Shown: positions 24,887 through 38,879 of the stretch, one piece after another
How positions within the stretch are numbered: position 1 is the first letter of the stretch
How the letters are laid out: every line of letters starts with the position of its first letter
Source: Octopus sinensis
Taxonomy: Eukaryota
Reading direction: 5' to 3'
DNA: 64,000 bases
NCBI RefSeq assembly: GCF_006345805.1
Contig: NC_043005.1
Location: 53,444,001 to 53,508,000 of the forward strand
Position numbers and translations under genes: made by a program
Notes under the pieces: generated by a model
What the model was told of the DNA's origin: nothing
What the model saw: only the letters and a program-made list of their open reading frames with translations
The model's database searches: none

Positions 24887-25600
24887 CATATATATACATA
24901 TATATAGAGAGAGATATACAGATATATATATGTCTGTTTTGGTACGGAAAGCTGGTGGTTAGTTTTACAAATTACATTACCTGTGAACGATCGCACTGAC
25001 GAGTCTATGTATATATATATATGTGTGTATATATATAATGTGTGTAAATATGTGTGTGTGTATGTATGTATGTATTATGCCTCAGCCATATTTGAATTGA
25101 TAATAAGTTCGTATTTATCGTACACATCACAGTTGAGCGCTGGCACCCCATGTTTTATTTACGGTGAGCCACTGAATAGAGGATGAAAATACTTTGCAGC
25201 ATAACGTGGTCCATCATAGACTCTGGTTCTCTATACCAGGGTCAGCATGCTCTATGTTGGTTCTGTCTCAAGGAATCCCTACGCACCTTCTTACATAATC
25301 TTACACAGTTACTTAATAATCAGCACGAAGCCTCTCCCCGTGAATTCACAAATTCTTCGGTCCTTGAAGTTCTTCCACAGGTCTAAGTGAGAAAAAGCTA
25401 GCACTTCGGATTATCACTAACATCTAGCTTTGGCAGATTACCTATTTGGTCTTTCACATACTAACTCTACACGGTCATGAAATAAACAGCACATGTATAC
25501 ACAGAGTCTTTAAATCCTTCAATTTCTTCCACATGTCTCATTGGTAATATATCTTTTTTTAATTTTAACTTTAGGCACGACATACTAAAGTCGATTCTAC

Positions 25601-25660
25601 ACGACAACGTTGACAACGACAACGTTGACAACGACAACGTTGACAACGACAACGTTGACG
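25601..25660. repeat. 15-bp minisatellite (acgacaacgttgaca)x4
   Basis: Directly adjacent repeats with no spacers. Confidence 0.9.
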
Positions 25661-25693
25661 ACAACAATGACACATTTTGCATATGAGTGTGTA

Positions 25694-25985
25694 CTAGGTC
25701 TGATCAGTAAGTATCCAGATTGTAGTCATAGTAATGAAGCTAAAGCACGCAGAGTGAAGCCGATAACCAAAGATTGATCCTGAACTCTGCTGTGCATACG
25801 CACTTAATTTTAACCTTCGAACTCGCTTCCGCTGTTTACATCAGTGCTTGGAAGGAAGGTGTGTAGCATGAGGTCGTCGTATTGACCATCACAGAGAAAG
25901 TTGTCATAGTCATGCAGAAAATGTATGAAGTGGGGCGTTTCAGCTGCACGCAAGTGTACGAGTGGTTCAGACGATTCCAAGATAA
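25694..25985 (+). mobile_element. Mariner transposon 5' fragment
   Basis: TA plus TIR-like ctaggtctgatcagtaagtatcc; translation ...QKMYEVGRFSCTQVYEWFRRFQD matches the mariner N-terminal HTH (..SRTQVYEWFKRF). Confidence 0.7.
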
Positions 25986-26572
25986 CTTGAAATTAAAGTG
26001 GATTCTCCCATTATGTTGCTTAAAAATCTTGACCCACCTCACCTGTGCAATGGAACTCGTGTAATTGTTACTTCCATGAAGCGCCATGTCCTACAGACTA
26101 CAGTCATAACAGGTAGTCACAAGGAAGAAAACACCTTTATTCTAAAATTTCCTCTCATACCTACAGATGTTCTATTTGAATTTAAGAGGCTTCTGTTTCC
26201 AGTCAAACTAACTTTTGGTATTTCAATTAACAAATCTCAGAGTCAACCTTTCCAGGTAGTTGGACTTCATGTTTCTGCTACATGCTTCTTTCATGACCAA
26301 TTCTCTGTTGGTTACTCACGAGTTGGAAACAGCAACAATTTATTCATTTGAATATCAACAAAAAATTTCACAATGAATATTTTACGCTGAGATATTTCAA
26401 GATTGACAGATTTTCAGTTCTAAATTCTATTATCATCACAATTTGGATATTTTTAAAAATAAAATATAGATATTCTGAAATAATTATGCGAAAAAAAAAT
26501 ATTTTCTTATTTATTGTTTACTAATCTGAATAAGACAGCAGTAACCCGAGCAATGCCGGGTAGTTCAGCTAG
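25986..26572 (+). mobile_element. Helitron 3' end with PIF1-like helicase fragment
   Basis: ORF 25998-26351 PIMLLKNLDPPHLCNGTR...FKRLLFPVKLTFGISINKSQSQ...SRV is the RepHel C-terminus; hairpin acccg..cgggt 26544-26561 then CTAG at 26569-26572. Confidence 0.85.
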
Positions 26573-26603
26573 CATAAATACATATATTTATTTATACACA
26601 CGG

Positions 26604-27005
26604 CGGCGAGCTGGCAGAAACGTTAGCGCGTCGGGCGAAATGCTTAGCGGCATTTCGTCTGCGTTACGTTGTGAGTTCAAATTCCGCCGAGGTCGACTTT
26701 GCCTTTCATTCTTTCGGGGTCGATAAATTAAGTACCAGTTTCGCACTGGGGTCGATGTAATCGACTTAATACCTATGTCTATCCTTGTTTGTCCCCTCTA
26801 TGTTTAGCCCCTTGTGGGTAATAAATAAATAGGTATTTCGTCTGTCGTTACGTTCTGAGTTCAAATTCCGCCGAGGTCGACTTTGCCTTTCATCCTCTCG
26901 GGGTCGATAAATAAAATACCAGTTTCGTACTGGATCGATGTAATCGACTTCATCCCTTTGTCTGTCCTTGTTTGTCCCCTCTATGTTTAGCCCTTGTTGG
27001 TAGTA
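26604..27005 (+). mobile_element. tRNA-derived SINE with tandem-duplicated core (dimer)
   Basis: Head ggcgagctggcagaaacgttagc; core plus tail repeated from ~26831. Confidence 0.85.
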
Positions 27006-28129
27006 AAGAATTATATATACATTTATTTATATACACACACATTATAACAGAAATGCCCTGATTTCTAGTCCTGCGAATTGCTCGTTTTCAATCAACTGCT
27101 GATAACCCGAACCTGGTTTTCTTGTGATTATTCACAATCTCAAATATATTTTTTAAATATCATGAGAAAGTTTGAAGGAAATGTTCAGCGTTCTGTTATG
27201 TTGTTTAAAGTCTTTTGCGAACGTCATATTTTAAAAGATATTCATACAGTGAATATTAAAAAAAAACCCAAAAAAAACATGCGCTGCTGCAATCATATAT
27301 ACATATATATATATATTATATATATATTAATATATATATACCCGCCATTGCTTCTTCACCAAACTTTTTGGCGCCTCCGATTCTTCCCCTCTCTTCCTCC
27401 ATCTCCTCCTCTTCCCCCATCCTCCTGAATCCCTTCTTTCTCCTTTTCTCTTGGTCACTGATTCTGTCCCCTGCCTTCCACCCTCTTTGATTCCTCTCTC
27501 TCTCTTATCTCTTCTCTCTCTCCTGCGACCTGCTGCTTCTTCAACCATTCTGTTGGCCTTCGTATCTCGACAACATGTGTCCCCGCTACCGAAACGGTAA
27601 TTATTTCTACGCCAGCTATGTTGTTTTTGTTGTTTTTGTCTCATTTGGTCTAAAGTCGTATGACAACCACCGTTATATATATTTGTTATTCATTACTGTT
27701 TTCAATTTCGTTTTCGTCTCTTGTATTCACATCCGTCTTGTGCGTTCACATTCCTGTCTTCTACCAAGAAATCTAATGCTTACAGCTTAGTTTTTTTTTT
27801 TGGGGGGGGCTGGCCGAGTTGGAGCAAATATCAGAATTGAACAGCCGAAATTTGCTATGATGATTCGGTGTCTGACTGAAGATTGAAGGCTTCGAATGAT
27901 TTGTCTGTGTTCCGTGTTCGTCCCTTCCTGTATTTCACGTTCATTATATATAAAAACATTCATTCTTATATATATATATATATATATATAAAATTCAAAT
28001 AGTGGTTATGTTGGCCTCATGAAGGGATGGTATCATTCAAGGATATTCTGGTTCAATATCTAATATATTTTGGGGGGAATTTAATATCCATAAAATAATA
28101 TGTTTATATATAAACCATGGTTTATATAT

Positions 28130-28285
28130 GGTTCAGTGGTTAGAGCGTCGAGTTTAGGATCGTGAGGTTGTGAGTTCAATTCCTAGACCGAGCTGCGTGT
28201 TGTGTTCTTGAGCAAGATACTTTATTTCACGTTGCTCCAGTTAACTCAGCTGTAGAAATGAGTTACGACATCACTGGTGCCAAGA
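28130..28285 (+). mobile_element. tRNA-derived SINE 5' part (different family)
   Basis: A-box ggttcagtgg, B-box gagttcaattcc, then gtgttcttgagcaagatactt...ttgctccagt. Confidence 0.7.
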
Positions 28286-29378
28286 GAAAAAGTTGGAGAA
28301 AGATCGAGAGAAAAAGCAAGGATCAGAGAAAGCGTATGAATGAAATTATATTTACTGACCCCAGAAAAGTGAAAGACAAAGCTGTCATAGACGTGACTTG
28401 AACTCGGAATGCAAAATGTCTGAAGGAATACAACAAGCTATTCAATGTGACGTTCCTACAATTCTACCAATTGGCCAGATAAATAAGCAGTGATCTAGAA
28501 TTTCTCACAGCCACATTTCAATTATGTTTAAACTAAATTCAGTGGAAATGAAATGACTGAGACAGTCAGATAGGCAGACAGACAGTTATTTATACACTCA
28601 TAACGAGAATTTTGATGAAAAGTCTGCAAGTAAATTGAAACAATTTCCTCAGATTTTTGAAAATCTATGAAACTGCAAGAAAAAAAAATAAGCATAAATA
28701 AATAAACATAAAAATGATTTATTATATACTAAACTGCTCAACTATCGCAATTAAGAAATGTGACACCCGATTACCAAAAAAAAAAAAAAAAAAATTGAAC
28801 AGACAAAAGAATAACTGGCTTTTCCCTGTGATACTGAATCCACTTCATTCAACCAATCAGCTTCTGAGCTTTATTCACAGCTACTCTATCCTCACTAACA
28901 CTGCCTCTAACTACAAAAAAAATAAAAGAACATGTCTATTTCTATCTCTCCAACATTCTTATATTCTGATTTTGTTGTAGTTGTTATTTTTGTCGTGTAG
29001 ACGTTGTCGTCGAACATAAATGTTGTTTTGTTTCAAGTGTTAGTTATTATTCTCAATTTTGTCACCAACATTTTCGTTGTTTTTATGCTGTCTCTTTTGT
29101 TAACGTAGGTTTGAAATGTTGGCACAAGGCGAGCAATTTTGAGGGAGTCGAATTATGACAATGATGATGATGATGATAATGATAATATTATTTTTTTTGT
29201 TACCAGGATGAAAGATTACGGGGGCAATACAAAGACAGACATCAAGTGTGGGGGTTTACATGTAATGAAATTAGAGAAAAAATTCATGCATACGTATATG
29301 TGTGTGTGCGCGCGCGCTTTAGTGTGTGTATATAGAAATTATGCACAATATACGATACGACAGAAGGAAGCATATATG

Positions 29379-29443
<65 letters not shown>

Positions 29444-29479
29444 AAGAACAAGGACAAGAACAAGAACAAGAAGAATGTA

Positions 29480-30340
29480 CATAGGCCCTACATGAAGAAG
29501 GGTAAAAGTGGACGTAGTCTGATTAGAATACGAGAGTGCATCAACAGTGAAAGAAGAAACGTGGCAGAATATTTGGTAAACAGCAGACAAGACCCACAAC
29601 GATATGCTGCTAATGCAGAATAATTTGGACTTGGGAGTGCTCATGAATTCCGATCAAGAACAGCCATCGAGAGAGAAAAAACTGCACTCCGCATGGAATT
29701 ACATGGTCCGTTCCACCGTGAGACCAACAAATTAAAAGACCAGGAAGTATCATGAAGGTGGCTCAACAAGGGTGGCCTAAAAATGAATACTGAAAGCCTA
29801 ATCATCGCTGCCGAGGACCTGGCATTGAATACCAACTTAATGAAGAAGAATATATACCACACAAGTGCAAAGGACCTCTGCTGGATGAGTGGGAAGAGGA
29901 TCGAAAGCGCGACGCACATTGTTAGTGCTTGTGAAAGTCTGGCGCAGAAAGAATACAAGCGTAAACACAACAAGGTAGCCCAAAACCTCCACTGGCTACT
30001 ATGCCGCAAGTATGGATATGAGGTTACGGTTTCTCGGTACCAACTTACACCGGAAAAGATAATAGACGAAAAGGGGAAGGCAAAAATCTTATGGGACTTT
30101 GACTTCCAGACAGATTGACAGACAAGGTATTAAAGCGAAGAAGGCTGAATATAGCAACCTTTAGGAGGGACAAACAAGAGTGTCTAATAACTGACTTGGC
30201 AGTGCCAGGAGATCAACATATCATCATGAAAAGTGAAAAGGTTGATAAATATGGAGACCTGAGAATTGAGATCTCTAAGATGTGGCAGCTCCGACCGTCA
30301 AACAAAGGTTATCCCTATTGTCGTCGGAGCATTGGGTTCA
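29480..30340 (+). pseudogene. R4/Dong-like non-LTR retrotransposon C-terminal fragment (zinc knuckle plus restriction-like endonuclease)
   Basis: ESLIIAAED..LNTN...C....ES..HIVSAC..LAQKEYKRKHNKVA..LHW...KILWDF..QTD...D.AVP.D...EKVDKY.DL...VIPIVVGALG; frameshifted; follows (ATA)n(AGA)n. Confidence 0.85.
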
Positions 30341-30755
30341 ATACCTATTTCTTTACTACCCACAAGGGGCTACACACAGAGGGGACAAACTAGGACAGAC
30401 AAACGGATTAAGTCGATTATATCGATTCCAGTGCGTAACTGGTACTTATTTAATCGACCTCGAAAGGATAAAAGGCAAAGTCGACCTCGGTGGAATTTGA
30501 ACACAGAACGTAACGGCAGACGAAATACGGCTACGCATTTCGCCCGGCGTGCTAACGTTTCTGCCAGCTCGCTGTCTTTATAATAATAGTAATAATCCGT
30601 TATGCTATAGGCACAAGGCCTGGATTTTGTGGGGAGGCGGACAGTCGATCACATCGACATCAGTACTTCACTGGTACTTGATTTATCGACCCTGAAGTGT
30701 TAAAAGGCCAAGTCGACCTCGGCAGAATTTGAACGCAGAACGTAAAGCCCGGCAT
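30340..30755 (-). mobile_element. Two tRNA-derived SINE copies
   Basis: Reverse complement head/core at 30340-30572 and 30600-30755. Confidence 0.75.
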
Positions 30756-31674
30756 GCTAATGTTAATAATTTCCACCATTTGCCCTTGTTATCAAGCTCA
30801 ATGCATTCGTTGTTACTGCATCGTTGTTATTGTCAATTATGCTACTAATTAAATTCTCAATTTTTGCACTGTAGGCGGGAGAGACATGGTAGTTATAAGA
30901 TGGACGGGTAGGTACATCGCCATTAATTAGGCTGTAGTTTGTACTATAATTTTACGATAGTAATAGTTTCAGGTTTTGTTGATGTTGCTGTAGTTGTGGT
31001 TTTTGCAGTCAATGAGGGTGTTGCTGTAGTCAATGATAGTGTTGCTGTTGTGACTATTATCTTATTATTTATATTATTGTTCTTATTGTTGTCGATATCG
31101 TCGTCTTAATCATCGACATGGCCGTCATCTACACCAGTTCTGTTCTAGTTTTGAATTTCCAATTTTGTTGCTGTAAAAATTGTTATTAGAATGATTGTTG
31201 TTATTGTTGTTGTTATCGTTGTCGACATTACTGTTATTGTCGTTGTTAATCTCAATACTCATACATATTTATCTAGTACATATTTGAAAACGGTATTTAA
31301 TCCAAAACAATCTAAATAAAAAATATGACTTATTAACAAACAGACATGGTGGCGAATAAACAATTAGCTACCAACATTGTCTATTGAAATTGATTGGAAG
31401 TCTTTTCTTCTTTCTTTCTATATCGAAGCCGCTGTTGGCATTTACTGGAAATTGCTCAGTACAAAGTTCTGTAATAGTATTTAATGGCATAAGATCATTT
31501 CTCTAAAAATATCAACGCGCGGCTTCTAATTTCCACAAACTGAGAACCCACACTTTCATTACAAAATTGTTTGGCTGTCATTGAAGATGTCTTGAAAATT
31601 ACCTCGTACCGAAGAAGACATTATGCTGTTGACTAAAATCAATACACGCTGCGTCCATATGTATATGAGTCTAC

Positions 31675-31723
<49 letters not shown>

Positions 31724-32007
31724 ATGCACACATAGGTACAAATAGGCAGGCACAGACACACACAGACACACACATATACATATCTATATTATATATATAT
31801 ATATATATGTATGTATATGTATATGCATATATATATGTGTGTGTGTGAGTGAGTGTGTGAGTGTATGTGTATATATACGTGTGCGTGCATTTGTTTCTAC
31901 GTGTGTGTGTAGATACATACATATATATAATATTATGTATATATATGTATATATGAAATCAAACACGCACATTCACATACACATACACACACACCCACAC
32001 ACACACA

Positions 32008-32068
<61 letters not shown>

Positions 32069-33073
32069 GACAGTAAACGCTGCGTCCATCATGGTTGACC
32101 TGACGCAGTAAATTTATTTTCTACACTATTGATACTCAATTCTTCAATCGTGCTTTTGTACTTAATGCTCCATCCCGGCATCCATAAACTATTTGAAAAT
32201 ATTGAAGGTTTGGGATAAGACATGTTGAAACATACTTTATATAACTTTATCTCTACCTTTTATTCAAAAGAAAATGACTCTGTAAACTTTAAAACAGATA
32301 AACAAATATAGTTTTTCATTTAACGTTCTTTCATCTCACTCGCTCACATCTTCTTTACTTTCACTTTCTGTGTCACTGAGTCTGTTTCTCACTCAGTTTC
32401 TTTCTTCTATTTTTACTTTCCTGATACCATTGTTCTTCCTATCGTTGTTACTATTATTGTTGTCGTTGTGACGGTGGAGAATTAGCAGAATCGCCATAAC
32501 TTCGAACAAAATAGCTTGACATTCACAGTTCAGTTCTCGACAACGTTAAATTTGCCTTTCAAACTTTCATAATCGTTAAAATAAAGTAACAGTCTAACTC
32601 TCTGTCTGTTCCCCCCCCCTCTCTCTCTCTCTCCCTCATCCTCAAGATTTCTTGTCTAAATCAGAAATCATGATTGCCATTGTTGTTACTGGGTTTGGTT
32701 GGTGGGGAGGCAGGCTGATTGTTGTGAGTGATGTACTTTCGTAGATCCAGAAAACGATGTTTGGGAAGCGAGCTTCTTACCATAAAGCCACACCTGTGCC
32801 TCTGTATTACTATACGTATATCGATATGGTATATATATATTTCAGTGCAATTATTTGATTAACATTTTTCAAAAGATTTCTCTATGCATGAAGTTATATA
32901 TTATACATTAATGCAAATGCGAGATTATTAATGATGCTATGCGAGGAGCTTATTCTTAAAAAGATATATTTACTTACGAATTTTGAACGTAATGCTTGAA
33001 ATTGCATTTTTGTCTATACCAATACTTTCTATAATGAAGTTTGTGTGTTGTATGAGTGTGTGCGTGTGTGTGT

Positions 33074-33118
<45 letters not shown>

Positions 33119-33661
33119 AATGCGTGTATATGCGATGTTGTATGCAATTGACATACATGCAATGGGCATACATACCATTTTGTATACAAAAGGCATACAT
33201 AGGTTCCCCTTATATTCTATTTCAACTTAAGTACCCAATACAAACTTACAACAGACTTTACACACTTATATCACAGGTGTGCATTGAACACAGATTTTTA
33301 AAATATAAAACGCAAACACCATACACACACGCACACACACGTTCGCACACACACACACACGCACACATATGAATATATATGTACGTGAGCGCTATTTTTT
33401 TGTTTGAATGCATAATGCGACAGTGTTTAGTATATGTTTCATATGGATAATGTTTAGAATATCTTTAAATATCCGTATTTACCTTTTATGTATCTGGTCT
33501 TGTTGAAGCAAATACCAGTTATAAACCGCTTGCTATATTACTCAATCAACCGCAATTCTTTTTAATGAAAACCAAGAAGAAAAAAAACTACTGTTCTATG
33601 AAAGAATGACTCACGATTACGATTATTTTTATTATCATTGCTTTTAATAATAATAATAATA

Positions 33662-33710
<49 letters not shown>

Positions 33711-34424
33711 GAATTCACTTAATAATGATTGATAAACCAAGTCAGTAATTAAGAAAAAATATCAGGCCCAAGTTTGAAAAGTCGCTATTTCATTCACCAT
33801 GTTTTAAGATTATCATCAGCGAAAACGAAGGAAAAATCAAATATTATCTAAATCTGAAGAAATGTCAATATTGTACGGCTCCCTTGAGTACGTGTTAGTG
33901 TTCGTGCTTCACATGACAATGTGTATGTATTAACAAGTTTGTCGCTGGAGATATGATATTAAACGAAAGTTATCTGCTTTGTTCTCAGCAATCTTGCTTT
34001 GGTTTAACAATATTTACATGTGTACAGTCCCACATGCTGATACAGATTATGCAATCTGGAATGCTGCCAACATCTTGATGGAAGAGTGCTTTACTTGCTT
34101 TAGGCCTATTTAATTAACACACACTGCTGCTTTTATCAACACCATCTCCTCAATACTTTTCTTGAAGATTTCATTGCATTTTTCTCTGTTACTTGCCTTA
34201 AATCAATATGACTTAATTATTTCGAGGATGGTAACTTGGCAGACACAGTGGCGTGTTTGACTAAATGCATTATGCTATTATTCAGTCTCAAATATTAGGA
34301 TTCAAAGTTCAAATCCAATTCGCTTTCTACATCTTGCGTTGTTATTGTGTTGTTGTTGATTGCCATATCAACCAGGATTAACCAGACCTATGGTTAAGAA
34401 CATTCGAGTCAAGATCAATCAGCT

Positions 34425-34470
<46 letters not shown>

Positions 34471-34484
34471 GTCTGTCTATCTGT

Positions 34485-34584
34485 NNNNNNNNNNNNNNNN
34501 NNNNNNNNNNNNNNNNNNNNNNNNNNNNNNNNNNNNNNNNNNNNNNNNNNNNNNNNNNNNNNNNNNNNNNNNNNNNNNNNNNNN
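34485..34584. other. Assembly gap (100 N) inside microsatellite
   Basis: N run between (TATC)n and (CATA)n. Confidence 1.
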
Positions 34585-34951
34585 CATACATACATGCATA
34601 CAAACATACATGCATACAAACATACATGCATAGATGCATACATACTTGCATACATCATGCATACATGCAAAAGTAGATACAAACAAACATACATATATAA
34701 ATAAGTATATCGTGTACTTAGATCCTAAGATATAAATATTTGAAAACATAATGCCGCTTGGTTCTCTAGATTTGGAAGGTGTTCCCCCCTCCCCTCTCTC
34801 TCTCTCTCTTTAATCTTATCCTTTATTTTCTGTACATGTCATTCTGTTCCAGGGTATTTTTGCCAAACACGCATCCATAGACATACTCGTACACTCACAC
34901 AGACGTATATAAACGCTTGTCTTTATGTGTGTGGGTATGGTTGTGTGTGAG

Positions 34952-35001
<50 letters not shown>

Positions 35002-35362
35002 ATATGTGCATATATGTGTGTGTGTATTGTGTGTGTGTGTGGATGGTTATGTATATATGGGGTAGGTATGTGTTAGGGTTATGCGTGATTGTTTGTAAGT
35101 TTGGATCTGTGTGAGTGAATGCAGTAATCTCACTGAAGATAAACAGTTTGAAATCACTAAGGTTTACTGCCAATCTCCTTTGTAACACATAGCAATAAAT
35201 TGGCACAAGTTTGTCGCGTTTTTTTCTTATTTATTTATGACTATTCAATTGTTATAACTACATATATGTGTGTATGTGCTTGTCTCTCCCTGTGTATGTA
35301 TCTTATGTATAGACATACATGTATACATACATACACACACACACACATATATATATATATAC

Positions 35363-35430
<68 letters not shown>

Positions 35431-36233
35431 TGTATGTATATATTATATATATTGTGCATTGTATTTAGTGGTGTTTCAATTGTTGTTAATGCGTCTGTAG
35501 TGTCCTCATCGAAATATCATCATGATTCATGTTTTGAAATTCATGTGATGGATATTTTTTGCTTTTTTTTAAAATCTTTTTTGTTTTTTGCTTTCCTTGC
35601 TTATTGTTCTCGTGTTTTTATCTCTTTCAAAAGTTTCTCATATAGATATATAATGTATAACTTCTTTTGGTCGAGATGATTAATATTTCAATCTGAGATT
35701 GTCTTCATCATGCTGTACTAATTAAACAATATAATCATTGTTTTTACATCACTGCGTTACTCTTTGTAAGTTATTTTTATATTATTTTTGTTTTGCCTGT
35801 TTTTTTTTTGTTTTTTTGTAGGTCTTAGTTCCATCCCAGGTCAAGGCTTTTTTTCCTTTTGAGCATATTTATGAATTAACATATTTAAACTAATTAGTTT
35901 GTCTTTTTGAGGTTTATTTACGTACAACTGTTCGAAACGTCGAAATTACTCTCTGTGTATTTCATCCTATCAGCGTAAACGTACAAAAGAAAAAAAACAA
36001 CCTAAAATAACATATATATATATATATATTCTATACTATTATGTACAGTCGTTTTTATTTTTTTGCTTCTGACTTTTTATTCATTATTTAATACTACATT
36101 ATACAATAGATATCCTTCTTTCGTTGTTATCTCTGTTGTTACGTGGCTTCAGGACCACAATGATTTTTGACTGCTTTTTCCAGCAGCGTCTATGATTTCT
36201 TTGTTTTGCTTTATCAGGTACAATATATATATA

Positions 36234-36514
36234 TATATTATATTAAATTAGAGATAAAACCACTATTAGGCAAATCATACAATGAAAAACTTAAGCCAAT
36301 ACATAAGATTAATTAATTTATATTATTTTAAATATATATCAAAATTATTAAAAAAAGATAATTAGCATAACACTGTGATTATACTAATTATCTTTTTTAA
36401 ATAATTTTGATATATATTTAAAATAATATAATTAATTTAATCTTATGTATTGGCTTAAGTTTTCATTGTATGATTTGCCTAATAGTGGTTTTATCTCTAA
36501 TTTAATATAATATA
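36234..36514. repeat. Near-perfect AT-rich 281-bp palindrome
   Basis: ~137-bp arms, loop of at most 8 nt at 36371-36378; (TA)-rich flanks. Confidence 0.9.
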
Positions 36515-36623
36515 GTATTTTACTATAAAATTGGATTCAATCCTAAATCTGATTTTTCCCTGTAAGTTTGGATTTATTCCCTAATATTTATTATTATATC
36601 TATATATATAATATATATATATA

Positions 36624-36654
<31 letters not shown>

Positions 36655-36659
<5 letters not shown>

Positions 36660-36900
36660 ATCCAAACAAGAAAACACAGAAAATAACACAGCAACGCGAG
36701 GACGTGGAACAATTAAAGTATTATTTGACGCTCAGGAAAGAAGGGAAGGAGGGTTTAACGTTTAGAGCGGAGCACTTCGTCGGAAACAAAGGAGAAGGAA
36801 AGATCCCGAGAAGGGAAGACAGAGGAAAAAAAATATTTTTGCTGGTGGTGCTCAAGAGATCACATGTTGAAAGAACAGAAGTTGAAAGGTAGACGAATCA
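36655..36900 (-). mobile_element. Probable PLE pLTR fragment with degenerate minimal hammerhead (36753-36787)
   Basis: - strand gttt CCGACGA ag tgctccgct c TAAA cgtt aaac; downstream gagcgtcaaataatac shared with 38421 and 50814 copies. Confidence 0.5.
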
Positions 36901-36934
36901 TGATTTTAAAAAGAAGAGAGTTTCAAAGACAAGG

Positions 36935-37560
36935 AATGTGTGTGGGTGCGTGTGTGTGTGTGTGTGCAAGGAAGACAAGTGTGTTTGTGCGTGCGTGTGT
37001 GTGTGTATGTATGTATCTGTGTATGTATGTATCTATGTATGTATGTGTGTACGTATGTGTGTGTATGTTTGTATGTGTGTATGTGTGTATGTATGTGTGT
37101 ATATGTATGCGTGTGTGTATGTATGTATGTGTGTATGTGTGTGTATGTATGTATGTGTGTGTATGTATGTATGTGTGTATGTGTGTGTGTATGTGTGTAT
37201 ATGTGTGTGTATGTATGTGTGTGTATGTATGTGTGTGTGTATGTATGTGTGCCTGCGTGTATGTGTGCATGTGTATGTATGTATGTATATGTATGTGCGT
37301 GTGTGTGTATGTATCTATGTATGTATGTATGTGTGTATGTATGTGTGTGTATGTATGTGTGTATGTGTGTATGTGTGTGTATGTGTATGTATGTATGTAT
37401 ATGTATGCGTGTGTGTATGTATGTGTGTATGTGTGTGTGTATGTATGTATGTATGTATGTATGTGTGTATGTGTGTAAGTGTGTGTGTGTATGTATGTAT
37501 GTATGTATGTATGTGTGTATGTATGTATTTATGCATGCGTGTATGTGTGTATGTGCGTGT
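36935..37560. repeat. Compound (TG)/(TATG) microsatellite, ~625 bp
   Basis: Direct reading. Confidence 0.95.
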
Positions 37561-38313
37561 GATATAATAGACCCTATCTTAAAAACAGTGATTAATGACA
37601 TGTTTGACTGCTATTTCTAGTAAATCGAATGTATCACTTGACTCCGGTCAGACTTGACTTAAGTGTTCTGTAGTAGCACATTGTGAGATGACTAAATAAT
37701 TCGGTGTGACCTAATACATACTTCTTCTGACAGACCTTGCTTGCCTCTTTCAGTTGATGATACTGCACACTCTGATACATACTAGTTGTTGTTATTGTTG
37801 TTGTGCGACCAGGACTCTGATAACACGTGGTCCTGCAGTGACCATGATTTCTTTGTACATATCTAGAACTACATGGGCGAATGAATTTTCCTTTATTTAA
37901 GACATCAGACAGATTTTGAACTGCGTAACCATCAACCTTCTTCCCCATTAGTTAGCATCTGCCATGCTTCAGTATCATTTTGGAAGACTTCTACATTTGA
38001 CTTAGTGTATACTCCAGAATAATAATAATACTGAGCTATAAAGTAAAGGGACATTTAACATACTTTCTTAATTGATGAGTACACGCATGAGCAAACTCTA
38101 GCGTGGGCGTGCGCGCGCGCGCATGTGTGTACGTGAGTATGTGTATGTCTGTGTATGTGTGTGCATGTCTTTGTCGACCTTTGAACGTATGGTAACCTAG
38201 TTTTTGATCGGTATCACAAGAGTCTGACATTCAATAGATCTGAGTTTCTACTCTTGTGGTGGTTTTTATTCTTGCTTTTCTGTCAGGCTACCCTTTTATA
38301 AGTATTATGTCTG

Positions 38314-38358
<45 letters not shown>

Positions 38359-38374
38359 ATCTATCTATCTATCT

Positions 38375-38490
38375 AACAAGCAAAGTGTATTAGTTTAACG
38401 CTCAGGTAAAATGGAAGAGACTTTCATGTTTCGAGTCTACGCTCTTCTACAGAAAGGAATGAAGAGACACAGGGAAAACAGAGATAGATA
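38375..38490 (-). mobile_element. Probable PLE pLTR fragment with degenerate hammerhead (38421-38456)
   Basis: - strand cttt CTGTAGA a gagcgtagactc GAAA catg aaag ... gagcgttaaactaatac. Confidence 0.55.
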
Positions 38491-38879
38491 CATACATACT
38501 TACATTATACACATACATACATACATACGTGCACACATATATGTATATGGACTTTATACACATACACGCATACATGCACACTACACACACAGATATGTAA
38601 GCGCAGTATGGTCCAATAGCTAATTTCGCTTTGTATTCATGATATCCAGGGCTCGATCCCACAGTATGGCATCTTGGACAAACGTAATTTTCGGCAACCT
38701 TCAGTCGACCCATGCCATGTAATTATAATTGATGAAACGGAAGAGTAGAAGCGAGTCGAGTGGATTGTACTTATCATTCGAAACAGAATAACCTTGTCAT
38801 CTACTAAATCACGTTGATTTGTCTGGGAAATATTTTAAGGACACACGTGTTTGACGAACGATCAGCATTTTACACTTAA

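Noticed and set aside
25601-25660. 15-bp repeats as CRISPR array
   Set aside because: No spacers, too short, eukaryotic context
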